From Bispira polyomma (taxonomy: Eukaryota): 64,000 bases of DNA. Each line of letters starts with the position of its first letter. The stretch's first letter is position 1. The stretch lies in contig OZ287755.1 in NCBI GenBank assembly GCA_965649765.1, forward strand, positions 3,472,001 to 3,536,000, in the 5' to 3' direction. The notes below the pieces were generated by a model that saw nothing but the letters and a program-made list of their open reading frames with translations, did not search any database and had not been told where the DNA came from. The position numbers and the translations under genes are program-made. Shown one piece after another: positions 37,545 through 49,518 of the stretch.

Positions 37545-38889
37545 ATGCATGAGTTAATTCGGGCTGATGGTAGAAACAATTTTTTGGGCTTACAAATACC
37601 TGTCCCTTCCCAGTTACAAGAGTAATTGTCGACCTTAGTTGGCCAAAAGGCGCTTCGGTTAATGCTGGGGTCTCACCATCAACTTACCTCGGTACTGAAT
37701 TTATTCTGTCATACCCATCTGTTGACAATTTGATGAAAGAAGTTCTTAGACTCTGTAAAGGTTGCAAAATTCTAAAGGTAGACGTCAGTAGGGCGTTTCG
37801 CCATGTGCCTATGGATCCGGGCGACATAGACTTGTTGGGCTTAAAATGGAAGTCCTATTACATAGATAAATCCCTACCTTTTGGTTACCAGAATGGTTCA
37901 ATGATTTTTCAAAGACTTTCGGACGCAGTTAGGTACATTATGAAATTAGAAGGCTTTACAGTGCACAACTATATCGACGATTTTTTGGCAATATCGCTCC
38001 CCAGCAAAATTGAGACTATTTACATCCAGATACAAGCACTTCTGGCGGAACTTGGGCTAACTGTCAGTGAGAAAAAATTATTAGCACCTGCCACAGAAGT
38101 AACGTGTCTGGGCATAGTAGTAAACACTGAAAACTTCACCTGTTCCATACCTCCCGAAAAATTACTCCAAATTAAAGCAGTTTGCGTTGAATGGCAAGGA
38201 AAAACCAATTGCACCAAGAGGGAGTTACAATCTCTTCTTGGTCTACTATTGTATATCGCAAAATGTATAAAATCTGCAAGGGTATTTTTGAATCGGATGC
38301 TCGAAATGCTGAGGCAAAATCATAGCAAGAGGCAGTTTAGGGTCACTACTGAATTCAGTAGGGACCTTAACTGGTTCATAAAATTTATGGAACAATTTAA
38401 TGGTGTTTCTTTCTTCTCTCATCATAAAGTTACAGCACAGATCGAATTAGACGCTTGTTTAACAGGTATGGGGGGATTTATGGAAACCAGGTGTATCAGC
38501 TAAAAATTCCGGAGCATATGAACCATGACAATATTGCAAATCTGGAAACGTTAAATATTCTAGTAGCTTTGAAAATCTGGGCCTCGGTGTGGCAGGGCCA
38601 TAAGCTACTGGTCAAATGTGACAATCAGGCGGTGGTAAGCCTACTGCAAAGTGGTAAAACCAGAGATTCCATCTTGGCCACGTATTCTAGAAACATTTAT
38701 ATGCTGATTAGTCAGTTCAACATTGAACTAAATGTCATACACATTATGGAGGCAAAAAATAAGGTGGCAGATTTGCTGTCAAGGTGGCAAGAAACCACTG
38801 ATAACCACCGATTATTACATCAATTGGCTGGGCCGGTTCGATGGATACCTACTGCAGAAACCTTATTGCATGTCAACCCGGATATTTAA
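37545..38889 (+). pseudogene. RT/RNase H of copy 4
   Basis: DVSRAFRH, LPFG, YIDD, DACLTG, LETLN, CDN, ADLLSR. Confidence 0.9.
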
Positions 38890-38920
38890 TGTATATCTAT
38901 TCTGTAATATTTGTATGTAG

Positions 38921-39888
38921 CCAAACATCCTGTTGAAGCACTACTCACTGGAAGGGCTGTTCATCGACTGAATTCTGCTTTTGCGCTTTCTACCAGCAAA
39001 GCTTATGACAGGATGTTTAGGCTCTTCTTGGCGTTTGAGGCCTTCATGTGTTGGCCCCCAGCTAAGGTGACAACGTTGAAACTCTTATGTTTCTTAGAGT
39101 TTCTTTCCAGTAATAGTGTCTCCCATGCACAAATTGTAAATTATATCTCAGCCATTAAGGCGCGTTATATTTTGGTCAGTGTTAATGTGGATGCCTTTTT
39201 GGATCCTAAGATCAGTTACTTTAACCGGGCTCTCCTGGTTAATAGACCACTGCAGGCCAAGCTTAAGTCTCTCTTATACCACTGATGACTGCTTCAATGT
39301 ATATGGGTCAGGTATTTAAAGCTGTGTACTTGTTAAGTTTCTTCAGCTTCCTAAGATTGTCCAACTTATGTCCCCATTCCATTAATGCTTTTTCCCCTTT
39401 AAAACATTTGGCTCAGGCTGATGTATTGTTTAAACATGGCTATGCAGTAATCATGATAAAGTGGTCCAAGACCCTGCAAACCAATGACCAAGTTAAGTTA
39501 ATTACCATTCCTGCTCTTTCTGGCTCTGTTTTTTGCCTGGTGAGGGCCATCAAAAATGTTTTGAGTATCACCCCTGGGGGTAAAAATCTTCCCCTGTTCC
39601 AATTTAAATTAGCAAGCCAGTGGATTCCTCTGACTGACACTTGGGTGCGCAGGCATCTTAAAAAATATCCTGCAGGTACTTGGTTTGTCGGCTTCTTCTC
39701 TCACTTTCCATGCTTTCCGGCGTTCAGGTGCCACTTTTGCATTTAATAACAATGTTCGTTTGCAGGACATTCAACATCATGGCACCTGGATGTCGAATTG
39801 CGTCTGGCGCTACATAACGGACTCCGCCGATGCTGGATCTCAGGTGGCAGATTCCTTCAAAGCTGCATTACAACCTACCCCTACATGA
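38921..39888 (+). pseudogene. tyrosine recombinase of copy 4
   Basis: ORFs 38911..39285, 39285..39746, 39685..39888 (HAFRRSGAT, HGTW, Y). Confidence 0.9.
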
Positions 39889-40686
39889 TTTCGTGTTTAG
39901 TGGCTGACGTTTTTATTGCCAGTCTCTATATAAAACTTTAAATGTAAATCTTAATAAATTGTAGAATAGTAAACGTAACATATATACCACACACAATATA
40001 TGTTGTCATGTAATAATTCAATAGCAGTAAAGAAAATCATATTTCTCTGGGCATAAGGTCCCCTTACAGTCAACTAGTACATAATGTACTCATTTGGCTT
40101 TGCTAATCCTCTTTTAACTCTAAACTTGAGTATTAGGAATTTAATTGCTTAAGGTGACCTCACACCTCAATTTTAGGTGACCTTATAAACATTAGGGTCA
40201 CCCTAACTTAAAAATTTAAGGTCAATCTTAATCTCCTATGGTCACCTCAACTTAACACTTTAGGGTGGTATTAAATCTCACGCATTGTGAGCTCCTGTGA
40301 CTTTAAGGTCACCTTATGCCCTGAACCACAACTGTACATAGTAAGACTAGCTGAAATTTCTAATAAATATTTTAACCGCAATCTGTGTTCTGCGTTTCAA
40401 ACTTATACCAAATTATTTTCACAACAGTTATAAAATATTTGGCCGTCTTTCCCGAGACACTGAAGTCAAAGCTGTCTTCAGAACTACCAAAAATTGAATA
40501 GCACACATGTTCCTTGTGTAATTGTATTGAAATAGTGACACTAACTCTAATGTGCATCAAAAATTCTCCAGCAAGGTCACAATTGTGAAAAAAAAATATA
40601 TATAACAAAAACAATAGATCAGAATAATGTGTGATCATGGAAACAATTAAGAAAGCAATAAGGCAAACCACACATCTTTACTTTAC

Positions 40687-41087
40687 CTTTTGGTGATTGC
40701 TTCCTTTTCCTTTCTGTTTGGCTAGTAAAATTTCATCATTCAAAGAGCCACTGACAGTAATGTAATGCTAGCGAGATCACCCACATGGTAACTGTCTATC
40801 TGATCAAGGGTGTTAATTCCGTAAGCCACTGTGACATCAAGGCACACCCAGGAGTCATTAAGTTCACTTTGGTCCCTTGGTACACCAGGTACAGCAGTGT
40901 ATGTGATACTATGTACACCACATGGATAGTTATGATTCTGACAGGCTAACAATGCTGACACTGAACACATATAGGGAGTAGGAGCTCTGGTGCCAAAAGA
41001 CTGACTGTCACAGCAACTACACTTAGTACAAATACCAATTTGTAGTGTAGGATTGTACTCATGGCAATAGATTGCTCGAGGTTTTAT
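40687..41087 (-). other. candidate (pseudo)exon: Cys-rich segment plus hydrophobic stretch
   Basis: Acceptor tctatatctag| at 41088-41089; 115 open codons IKPRAIYCHEY..CTKCSCCD..C..C..C..C..LASITLLSVAL*; donor AAG|gtaaag at 40685-40686. Confidence 0.3.
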
Positions 41088-41519
41088 CTAGATATAGAAT
41101 TGTAGATAAAGATCTCTAGAGATAATGTGCACTATCGGTAGTGATGTTTGAACCTTGAAACACCCAAATGTTAATGTCCTGGCTTGTCAATTTAGTAAAC
41201 CATCAGATAAAATGATATGTGCAGAAAACTTAATTTTCTGGTAAACTCCAAAAATATAGTTTAAACTTGATACAGCCTTACTTAGTTTAAACTTTAGCAG
41301 TATAGTTTAAACTTAGATATATTTAGAAAATATTCAAATGGTACTGTATGGGAAAACGATTGTCATGATACTATAATAAACAGGTCTTCGGTATCCCATA
41401 TTTATGAGCATGATTTCTTACCAATTTAGTTAGGACACATAATTACTCAGGTATCTTCAATACATGGTATCCATTTAAATATAGGTTGTGTGGCCAATTA
41501 TTATTAGTTAAATAGTTAC

Positions 41520-42620
41520 ATTAATTGTAATTGTTTGGTTACATTGGAACATAATCACAACAGATGAATGTTCCTGAATGCAAGTTGCTTTGATTCTAAC
41601 AAAAACTTGCATAAATGATATTTTTTAATATAAATTATTAAATCATGTTGCTATACACATGTTTACAATAGGTAATATTGTTGTATGTTTAGCGATAGAC
41701 TGTGGGCCTTTATGCTGTGGTCACACTCAGTATGGTCGCGTTATGTCTTAATTTCCATAAAGGACAGAAATTAATGTGCAAAGCGTGGCAAATTCTGGGA
41801 AATGTAGCAAAAAAATCAATTGATGGGCTGTTTTGTACACGTTTGGTACGCATCTGTACATGTTTTGTACACACATTTAACATGTTTTAAAAGCCGTTTC
41901 TATTATGTTTGTGTTGTTAGCCATGTTTTAAAATATGTTAGCCACGTTTTGAAACCAATTTCGTTCTCGTTTTTAATCTTATTTGTATGTATAGTTTGTT
42001 TTACTCCCGTCCTTTAAGTCAAATTAGCATTGAATATGTGTAATACGTTTCCCGCAAACGCACCAACTGTTTCAGGAAAGTTTTCAGAAAACAGCTAAAA
42101 ACGTATCAAATTTCTAGCAGTCCGAAATTTAAGACGTTTTTTGAAAAAAACAGGATATTAAGGGTCCAACATACTCATGCATGCTTACGCTTACTTACCT
42201 ACACTACATTCTGCTAAAGTTTCATTACATTTTACCTTACGTTCGCAATTTTTTGTGCGTAATCGAAAAGTAAGCCCACTGTGACCACGGCATTAGACGC
42301 CCCAGATAATGGACAGATCTCTATTGTTGACACTACTTTTCCATCCACTGCCAACTACTCATGTGATCAGGGATACAAGAGAATGCTTCCTAAATGGTAA
42401 CTGGTCTACAATACGTGTCATCGTGTCATCGTGTAAAGGTAATTTAAAAACAACTTACACCTTTAAAATGTACCTCACATACTGTAATATTAGTATGGGC
42501 ACATCGCAAATTGAGTTTAAACACCTTACTGGTAAGCCTGTCTTTTTAGTGGTGTGGCTTTACTCGTGTGCCTCTGTATAAACAAAACAGCCAAACAAGC
42601 CAGACCATTACATTGTAAAA
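41520..42620 (+). pseudogene. inverted, disrupted copy of the 566-bp Sushi exon unit
   Basis: Exon 41693-42438 (tttag|CGATAGACTGTGG...GACGCCCCAGATAATGG...TGTAAAG|gtaatt) with flanking intron homology; MITE insertion and ~20-nt deletion. Confidence 0.9.
41713..42292. mobile_element. PIF/Harbinger MITE inside the Sushi pseudo-exon
   Basis: TIR TGCTGTGGTCACA / TGTGACCACGGCA; TSD TTA (41710-41712, 42293-42295); empty site visible in intact array units. Confidence 0.88.
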
Positions 42621-44859
42621 ATAAATGTTTCGAGTGCCACATACATTACCACATCATAGGGTGTGGGTATAATATAAATGTCGAAATATTGTCCCTTTTA
42701 ACATACACCAAGTGTTTATATGTCGTACATAGAGTTATTGATCCATCAAGTGTAAAAAGAAGTTAAGTGTTTTATATATCTATAACTATACAATATACGT
42801 GAATCTAAATGTACACATGTACACACCCCACAAATCCTATGACAGGGTCTCAACCGATGACACTATAAATAAATGAATAAAATTGTCAAAGACTTCTGAT
42901 GACAAATCTCCATCAAGCATTCCTTATTTCTTATTATCCTCTCCATTAACACAAAGTGTTATTTTACCAGCAGGCAAATATGTCCAACACAAGCATGAAA
43001 ACCATTAAGAAGTAGGATGCCGTTAAAATACTTTGGAAAATTACAGCTGTCAATCAGAAGACAGAAAGAAAAACAGCTGGTACAGGAGCTAGACGTTTTT
43101 GTGTGTCACAAACGGTTCAATTAATTTCTGTTTTTAAAAAATCGTTATAATTGTTTTACTAGTACAGTAGCTCTTCGTAGTGGTAGGTAGTGATATCCTA
43201 CTAGTAAAGGGTCCATTTTTTGCCCCCACTCCGTGTGAAAAAGTACCAACATCATCACGATAAGTCATGAAACGTCAGAAAAATATCACGTCGTCACATT
43301 CGACAATCCCTTTATGGAAATGACGTCACTTTGACACGAAACTACTACGCTTTTAGTGTATATTGCTTTTGTACGTTGATGGACGTTAACACGTGTAGGT
43401 GTGACCAGGCCATAATAACCGTCAAAACAAAGTATGTGGAGAGTACACAGCGAATATAAAGTTGTGAGAGATAGACATTTATTATCCACTGTGACGTAGG
43501 TGTGACGTTTCCGTGGCTGTAATACAATGAAGTGTATGACTGTGTGTATGTAAACTTTAGTAGTTACATGAATTTCCAATGTTTTTAATGCCCGGTTAAA
43601 TCAATATTTCAGATAGAAACTTTTTAAAAAGAGTGATTTACATAAAACATGGACCTTAAACCACATCATGGTATCTCAAACTTGATTTAGTGATTTATAA
43701 ATATGTGTTTGAATTTAATCTTTTATAGTAACAACTCTGAACTTGTTGGCTTCTATATTTGCATTGTGACGTACATAATGAATGTGACGTACATAATGAA
43801 AGGTTTTGTGACGTAAACAAAACTATACAAAGTTTTGGGTTGTTTTAATAAGGTTATAGTAAACAACTTAACCCATTAATTATTTAAAACTTTCAATGTA
43901 TATAAAATATAAGCAATATGCAATGTTATTCTGTACAAAACCCGATTTTAGAGTGGTAGAAGGGTTTTTGAAGATAATTCTTGAAGGTCACAACTCTTTT
44001 AGTTTATATTATGTAATTTGCCTTGAATTTCCAATATAAGCATAAGAATTATATTTTATAAATGGATAATAAAGGTAAAACAGCCCTTGTGATGTATATT
44101 AAAAAATATATATGTCTTAAAAAGATAAAACACACAATACTTGCCCTAGCGGGCTCGTATTGTACTGATGATCTTCTTTTGTCATATATTTTTTTAATAT
44201 ACACCAATTGGGAGTTTTACTATTGTATACTGATACCACATATCAATGCTCGAGTACAACCCCCACGTGACAAAAGATCAGACAAAACAATACTGTAGCT
44301 GGCCGCATGTTAATGTAAGTGGCGTGGGGTGTGACCTCAGAGCTCTGTAACCAATCAGAACTATGGTGCATTAGCTAAGCTAGAATGTGTAATGCCCGAA
44401 TAGAACAAGCGGTGTACATTTGTAGGGACACTATTTTTTTGTTTTTTTGTAAAACTGCTATAATCTAAAGAAGATATTACTTAATGTAGTATATCCTTCA
44501 ACACAGTTTTGTAACTTTATTCAGTAATTGTTGAGATAACCTAGCTATCCTTCATCCCGGCTATCCTATAAAAAGCTAAAGTAGTATGACCTACTATATT
44601 ATGTTTGCTTTTCAGTATAGTTTTGTTGTAGTTTGTTTAAAACCTATTTTTTATTCTCCATTTATATGTATATTTTTTTGTACGTTTTTGCTGTTTAAAA
44701 GAAGAAACAACCTGTTTTTCATTTCAATACCTCACACTAGCAGTAATAATGTTATGTTCTTCATTTCAGTGCCTCACAATTATACTGGTAATATTAAGAA
44801 TTCTTAATTCGTCTTCACAGAATACAGACAAAGAACTCTTGTAATAGGGATTTGATAAC

Positions 44860-47130
44860 CTCTCAGAAAAAGGTATTAAATCATGTGAAAGAGTTTTATG
44901 CTAACCTTTATTGCAACAGGGATAATTCATCACAAAAAAATATATGGTTTAGCTACAATAGAAGGATTAGGTAAAGCCTTTAAACAGATAAAAAACATTA
45001 GAACACCAGGAATATATGGTCTACCAGCAGATATCTGTAAGGTTTTCTGGTGTAAATTAAATCATTTATGTTACATGCGATAAATGAGAGTTATAAAAAG
45101 GAAATTATGCCTTTTAGTCTGCGACAAGTTGTTATAAATTGCATTCCAAAAGAGACAAATCCAGAGAGCAGATATCATTGACAAGTGCTTTAATGAATTG
45201 TCAACTGGTGTTATAGCTTTAAGAATAAAAAGGGTTTTGTCCAAGCTGATATCAACAACACAAACTGGTTGTATTGAGGGTAGATTTAATGGAGAAACAA
45301 CTCGCCAAGTATATGATATAATGGCATGCACAAAAAAAAATTAATATAGATGGGTTATTGATGCTAACCTTCAATGTGTTTGGTTCTGAACAAATTTGGT
45401 TTTTGTCATGATCTAAGAAACTGGGTGTTGCTATTTAACGCTAAAATTAAAGCCCCTGTTCTCCTAAAAGGAGTACTTTTTCATTTTTCATCATAAAACG
45501 GGTTGGAAACAAGGTGATGCTTTGGCACCTTTTCTGTTCATACTATGTAGTCAAGTATTGTATTTATTAATTCAACACTATTCTAAGATTAAAGGTATCA
45601 CCATAACATATCAAGAATTTAAAATAACCCAATTTGCTGATGTTACCACCTTAATGTTACATGCTTGTGAGAGTTTCCTATCTGCGACTTTAAATGTTGT
45701 AGAAATATTTAGTACAATGTCTGGTTTAAAGATGAACACAACAAATTCAAAGATGATATGGATTAGAAGGAAACAAATGTAAAGATAAACAGCATTCAAC
45801 ATTTCATTTTGAGTGGAATTGTGAAACGTTTTTATTGCTTGAACTAGAGTTTCACATTGATTTAAGAAATGTACCTAGCATTTATTATACTAAAGTCCTA
45901 GCTTCGGTTAATAAATTGATATTAGCCTGGAGTAAATGAGCAGTAACACCTCTTGGAAAAGTAACAGTTATAAAACCATTGATTTTATCAAAATTGAATT
46001 ATTCATTTATGGCTATCCCTCTACCAAATATGGATTTTTATAAACACAGGAATGCACTTCTTTATAATTTCATATCTTGTGTACAGATAAATTGAAAATA
46101 TCTTTATGGTGCACGAAAATTGGTAAACATTGAATATTTTGTAAAATGAGTTTATACATTCGCCTTTTGCAAATATTACCTATTTTGGTCAATATTGGTT
46201 GAAAATATTAACATTACAGACTCAAAATGATTTTTAGCAGAAAATTTTCCAAATTGTTTCTTCTCATTCTCTGAAACATGTCAAAGTGCTCAGCATATCT
46301 TGCGAACTCCAACATGGTACACTGAGATTATTAGCAAAACAAATCGTTTTAGGTGGAGATGGTATCAAAAAGAATTACAGTTGTATGGTAGAGATAGTAT
46401 GCAAAAGGAATTACAGTTGTATGAGACCTTGTACAGTATGTTAAGTAAAGAGATCTTACAGTCATTATATAACCTTCCTATCATCAATTTCAATTTTATT
46501 GAATACTTCCAAGTAAAGAATTATCTGCTTCAATTTAATTAAAAAAAAATAAATATGAATTTATATTTTGATCTTGTAAAACCCTTTATTCCGGTATCTG
46601 TATCAATACTGCTTAAGAGTAAAAAGGGTTGCAAAGATATTGTAATGAAAATAAATCTTACGTAGAAAGCAGATACAAATTAAAATGGAATAAAGATGAA
46701 TATTGATACAACCACTTGGAAAACAATATTTTATATATGTTTCAATACTGTAAAAGATAATAGTCTCATTTGGTTTCAATATAAAATTCTGCATCGTATA
46801 CGTGGGACAAGATAACTTTCATTCAAAATTTCTATCCATGAATCACAGTCTTACAACTATGGATGAAATTGTCATTAAACATATATTTGAATATCACCTC
46901 AGAAGAAATATTATTTGGTTACTTATTAAAAGATGCAATGTTCCTTCCAATAATGTCATCTTCATTTTAACCAAATATTATATCTACTCCTTTTCCAGAA
47001 ATACCACCTCTTAAAACTTTGATAGCTTAATAAAAAAGTTAAATATATGTATGAATGTGAATATTATGTATTTAAGGAGAACAATAAAGAAAAATTTTTC
47101 AATGAGGTATAGTCATGATTTGTTAATATG
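44860..47130 (+). mobile_element. decayed L1/Tx1-like LINE ORF2
   Basis: RTPGIYGLPADICKVFW, KQGDALAPFLFILC, EFKITQFADVTT, SGLKMNTTNSK, PLGKVTVIKPLILSKL, WFQYKILHRI. Confidence 0.8.
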
Positions 47131-47599
47131 TTAGACTACAATCAAGTAAGTGAATAATAGGTATGAAATACAGAAATGACAGTTAAGTAAGTAAGAGTTA
47201 CGGGATTTACTTAAATTTTCATCAATTTTAGATATAGATATATATAACACAACATTATAGCATTGGTCACGATAGGGGTAGAGTGATAGAAATAAAAAAT
47301 AAAACCAAAAGTACCTAAAAGTTAAAAGTAGTATGTCTGATTACAGTAAAATGATATAGCAGGCCCCTATGTTGCTGTGCTATTCATAGTTCCCAATAAT
47401 GTGAAGAGTTTGCAAATATGGGTAGCAGTGAATGACCTTGTGGGGTCAGGGTGTATGACCGTGAGGTTAGTCTGAGGTCAACCAAGGTGGATTTGGTAGA
47501 AGCTAATGTGTATTTGTTGAACACAGTAAAAGATGTTTTGAGAATTTTATTATACATACAAGTTAGTAATGCTATATACAGGTATAAAAGCTTAACAGG

Positions 47600-48535
47600 G
47601 GCAGGATTTAAAATTTTGAAAGGGATTTTAAAGAACCCAAGCCAAACCAGGAAAATTTAGGGGTAACAGGCAAAAGAAAGAGGTACTACCGAAGCAGCCT
47701 TGTGTGTTGAGTTAAGATATATCCACACAGCTGAGGACCTCCAAAGACCATGAGACATAATGTTCTAAAGGGACACATTGTTATTAAAAGCAAATGTTGT
47801 ACCAGATCTTTTAAATGTATGGGAACTGTGTGATAGGACTGGTATGCCAATATGAACTAATATTCTCCTAAGAGCATTTCTCACGTGAAAATCTGTAATA
47901 GTGTTACATGTAGGTGACAAGGCTGCAAAAAGGGGGGCAGTATCAGGAAAAAAATCTAGATTTCAGTAAATTCCTAAGTGCTGTAACTCAACACATCACC
48001 TTGTCTAACTGTGGGATTTGAATGATTTGTGCCCGAGCTCTGTTTTGTAGGTTCTTAGCTTACTTGATAATGATGTGTGCCCCTGGTGGGCCAAAAATTA
48101 CGTCCTTCCAAAGCAGATGTCTGGAAGGACCAAATTTCTGAGTTGAGTTAGGTGCCAAATTGGACATTCGCAAGAACCCGAAACAAGTTAATAGGAAAAT
48201 AGCCCTATACAACTTGGGGTCCTCTAAAATTTCACAGGTTTTGGAAAAAAGTGTCAAATGTTGAATCTAAAAGATCCCTTTGGGATGAAGTTTGAAATGT
48301 GAGGTATGTTTAATACTTCTAAGGTATAATGCTAGAGTGTTGTGTGATAAAATTGACAAATCCCACTGAAATTTCTAAGCCATAAATTTTATGCCTGCCA
48401 AGTAGTTGTTGATCACCTTGGGTGATGAATAGTTTGTAAGAGATATTGTAAGAAAGCTATAGTTCAATGAGTAGTAAATTCTGGAACGAGTGTAAAATAG
48501 TCAAAACCTATGTAAGTTTTGAAGTGGTTGCTGTA
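47600..48535 (-). mobile_element. YR gene fragment and B-like tail of another family A element (copy 5)
   Basis: ORF 48060..48257 (FLRMSNLAP..FGPPGAHIIIK); SHTFKRSG..AFNNNVSL..HGLWRSSAVW.Y; TTTGGCTTGGG motif after the ORF. Confidence 0.85.
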
Positions 48536-48688
48536 AGCTGCTGTTGTAGATGGTCGCAGTGCTGAACATAGTTTTTTCCTTAAAATAGTTTTAAATATAT
48601 ATAATGGTCAAACTCTTGTACTATACTGTGTAAGACTGGACATGAAGAAATAAACACATACATTAAATGTTCAGACTTTATCAGTAGG

Positions 48689-49512
48689 TGTTACATATGG
48701 GGACATTGTGGTGTGTTGAAGAAAAACCGGTCTAGTTAGTACTAATGGTCTTACACTCTGCTGGAGTGATCTATTTATAGATTTGGGGAAACCCCTAAGC
48801 TTCTAGAAACCGGTTCTATTTTATTTCTGAAGGTTATTAAAGTTGTATTCATATGTATATCTCATCTCTGGAATGTCCTAGCGATTGCTTACACATTCTA
48901 GCAACCTTCTCTAGCAGTGGTATATATAAGGGTTGACAGCCTGGCCACAGAAGAGTGTTAATTGAGCTGAGGTGCTATATGAATGCTATATGAACTACTA
49001 TACTGTGGATATAAACTGTTATATACATTTTGTGGTGAACTCATTGGAGTGAACTAGATAAAAGTTGTGGATCTACCAGAGATTGGATTTACTGCATATA
49101 TACTGCATATTGGATATTGTTTGCATCCTGGACTGGATAGCTTAGTTGTGCAGACTCTCTGGATATATACATTTTGTGTGCGTGGACACTGAACAGATAA
49201 CAGGATACAGGCATTGTGTGGACATTGAGCGGATCTCAAGACAGATTGCTGGATACAGTGGACAAACTGGTTTAATTGTTATTTGAGTGGACAGGACTGT
49301 GGTCAGGTCAGATTGATTTCATTATTGTATTATTGTGTGAGCTATTAAGGGTATCTCAGTTGACTGTAATTTTGTAATTGTATAATTTTGTAATTCTGTA
49401 ATTGTTATTTTATTTGTTAAATAAATTTGTTAAGTGAAACTTTTTGTCTTTTCCTGTTACAACCTCAAAGCAACCGGTAATTGCTACCGCGCTGGCTCCC
49501 GTCACCGTAACA
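48689..49512 (+). mobile_element. solo LTR (824 bp)
   Basis: TGTTAC...GTAACA termini, 5-bp TSD GTAGG (48684-48688, 49513-49517), internal TATATAAG (~48922) and AATAAA (~49420). Confidence 0.85.
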
Positions 49513-49518
49513 GTAGGT

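Larger units (their letters stand above)
35350..40384 (+). mobile_element. Ngaro-type YR retrotransposon copy 4 (family B)
   Basis: gag 35592.., ORF2 36616..37542, RT 37730..38503 (YIDD), RNase H 38455..38889, YR 38921..39888, 3' module; internal deletion near 37620 relative to copy 2. Left boundary approximate. Confidence 0.92.
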
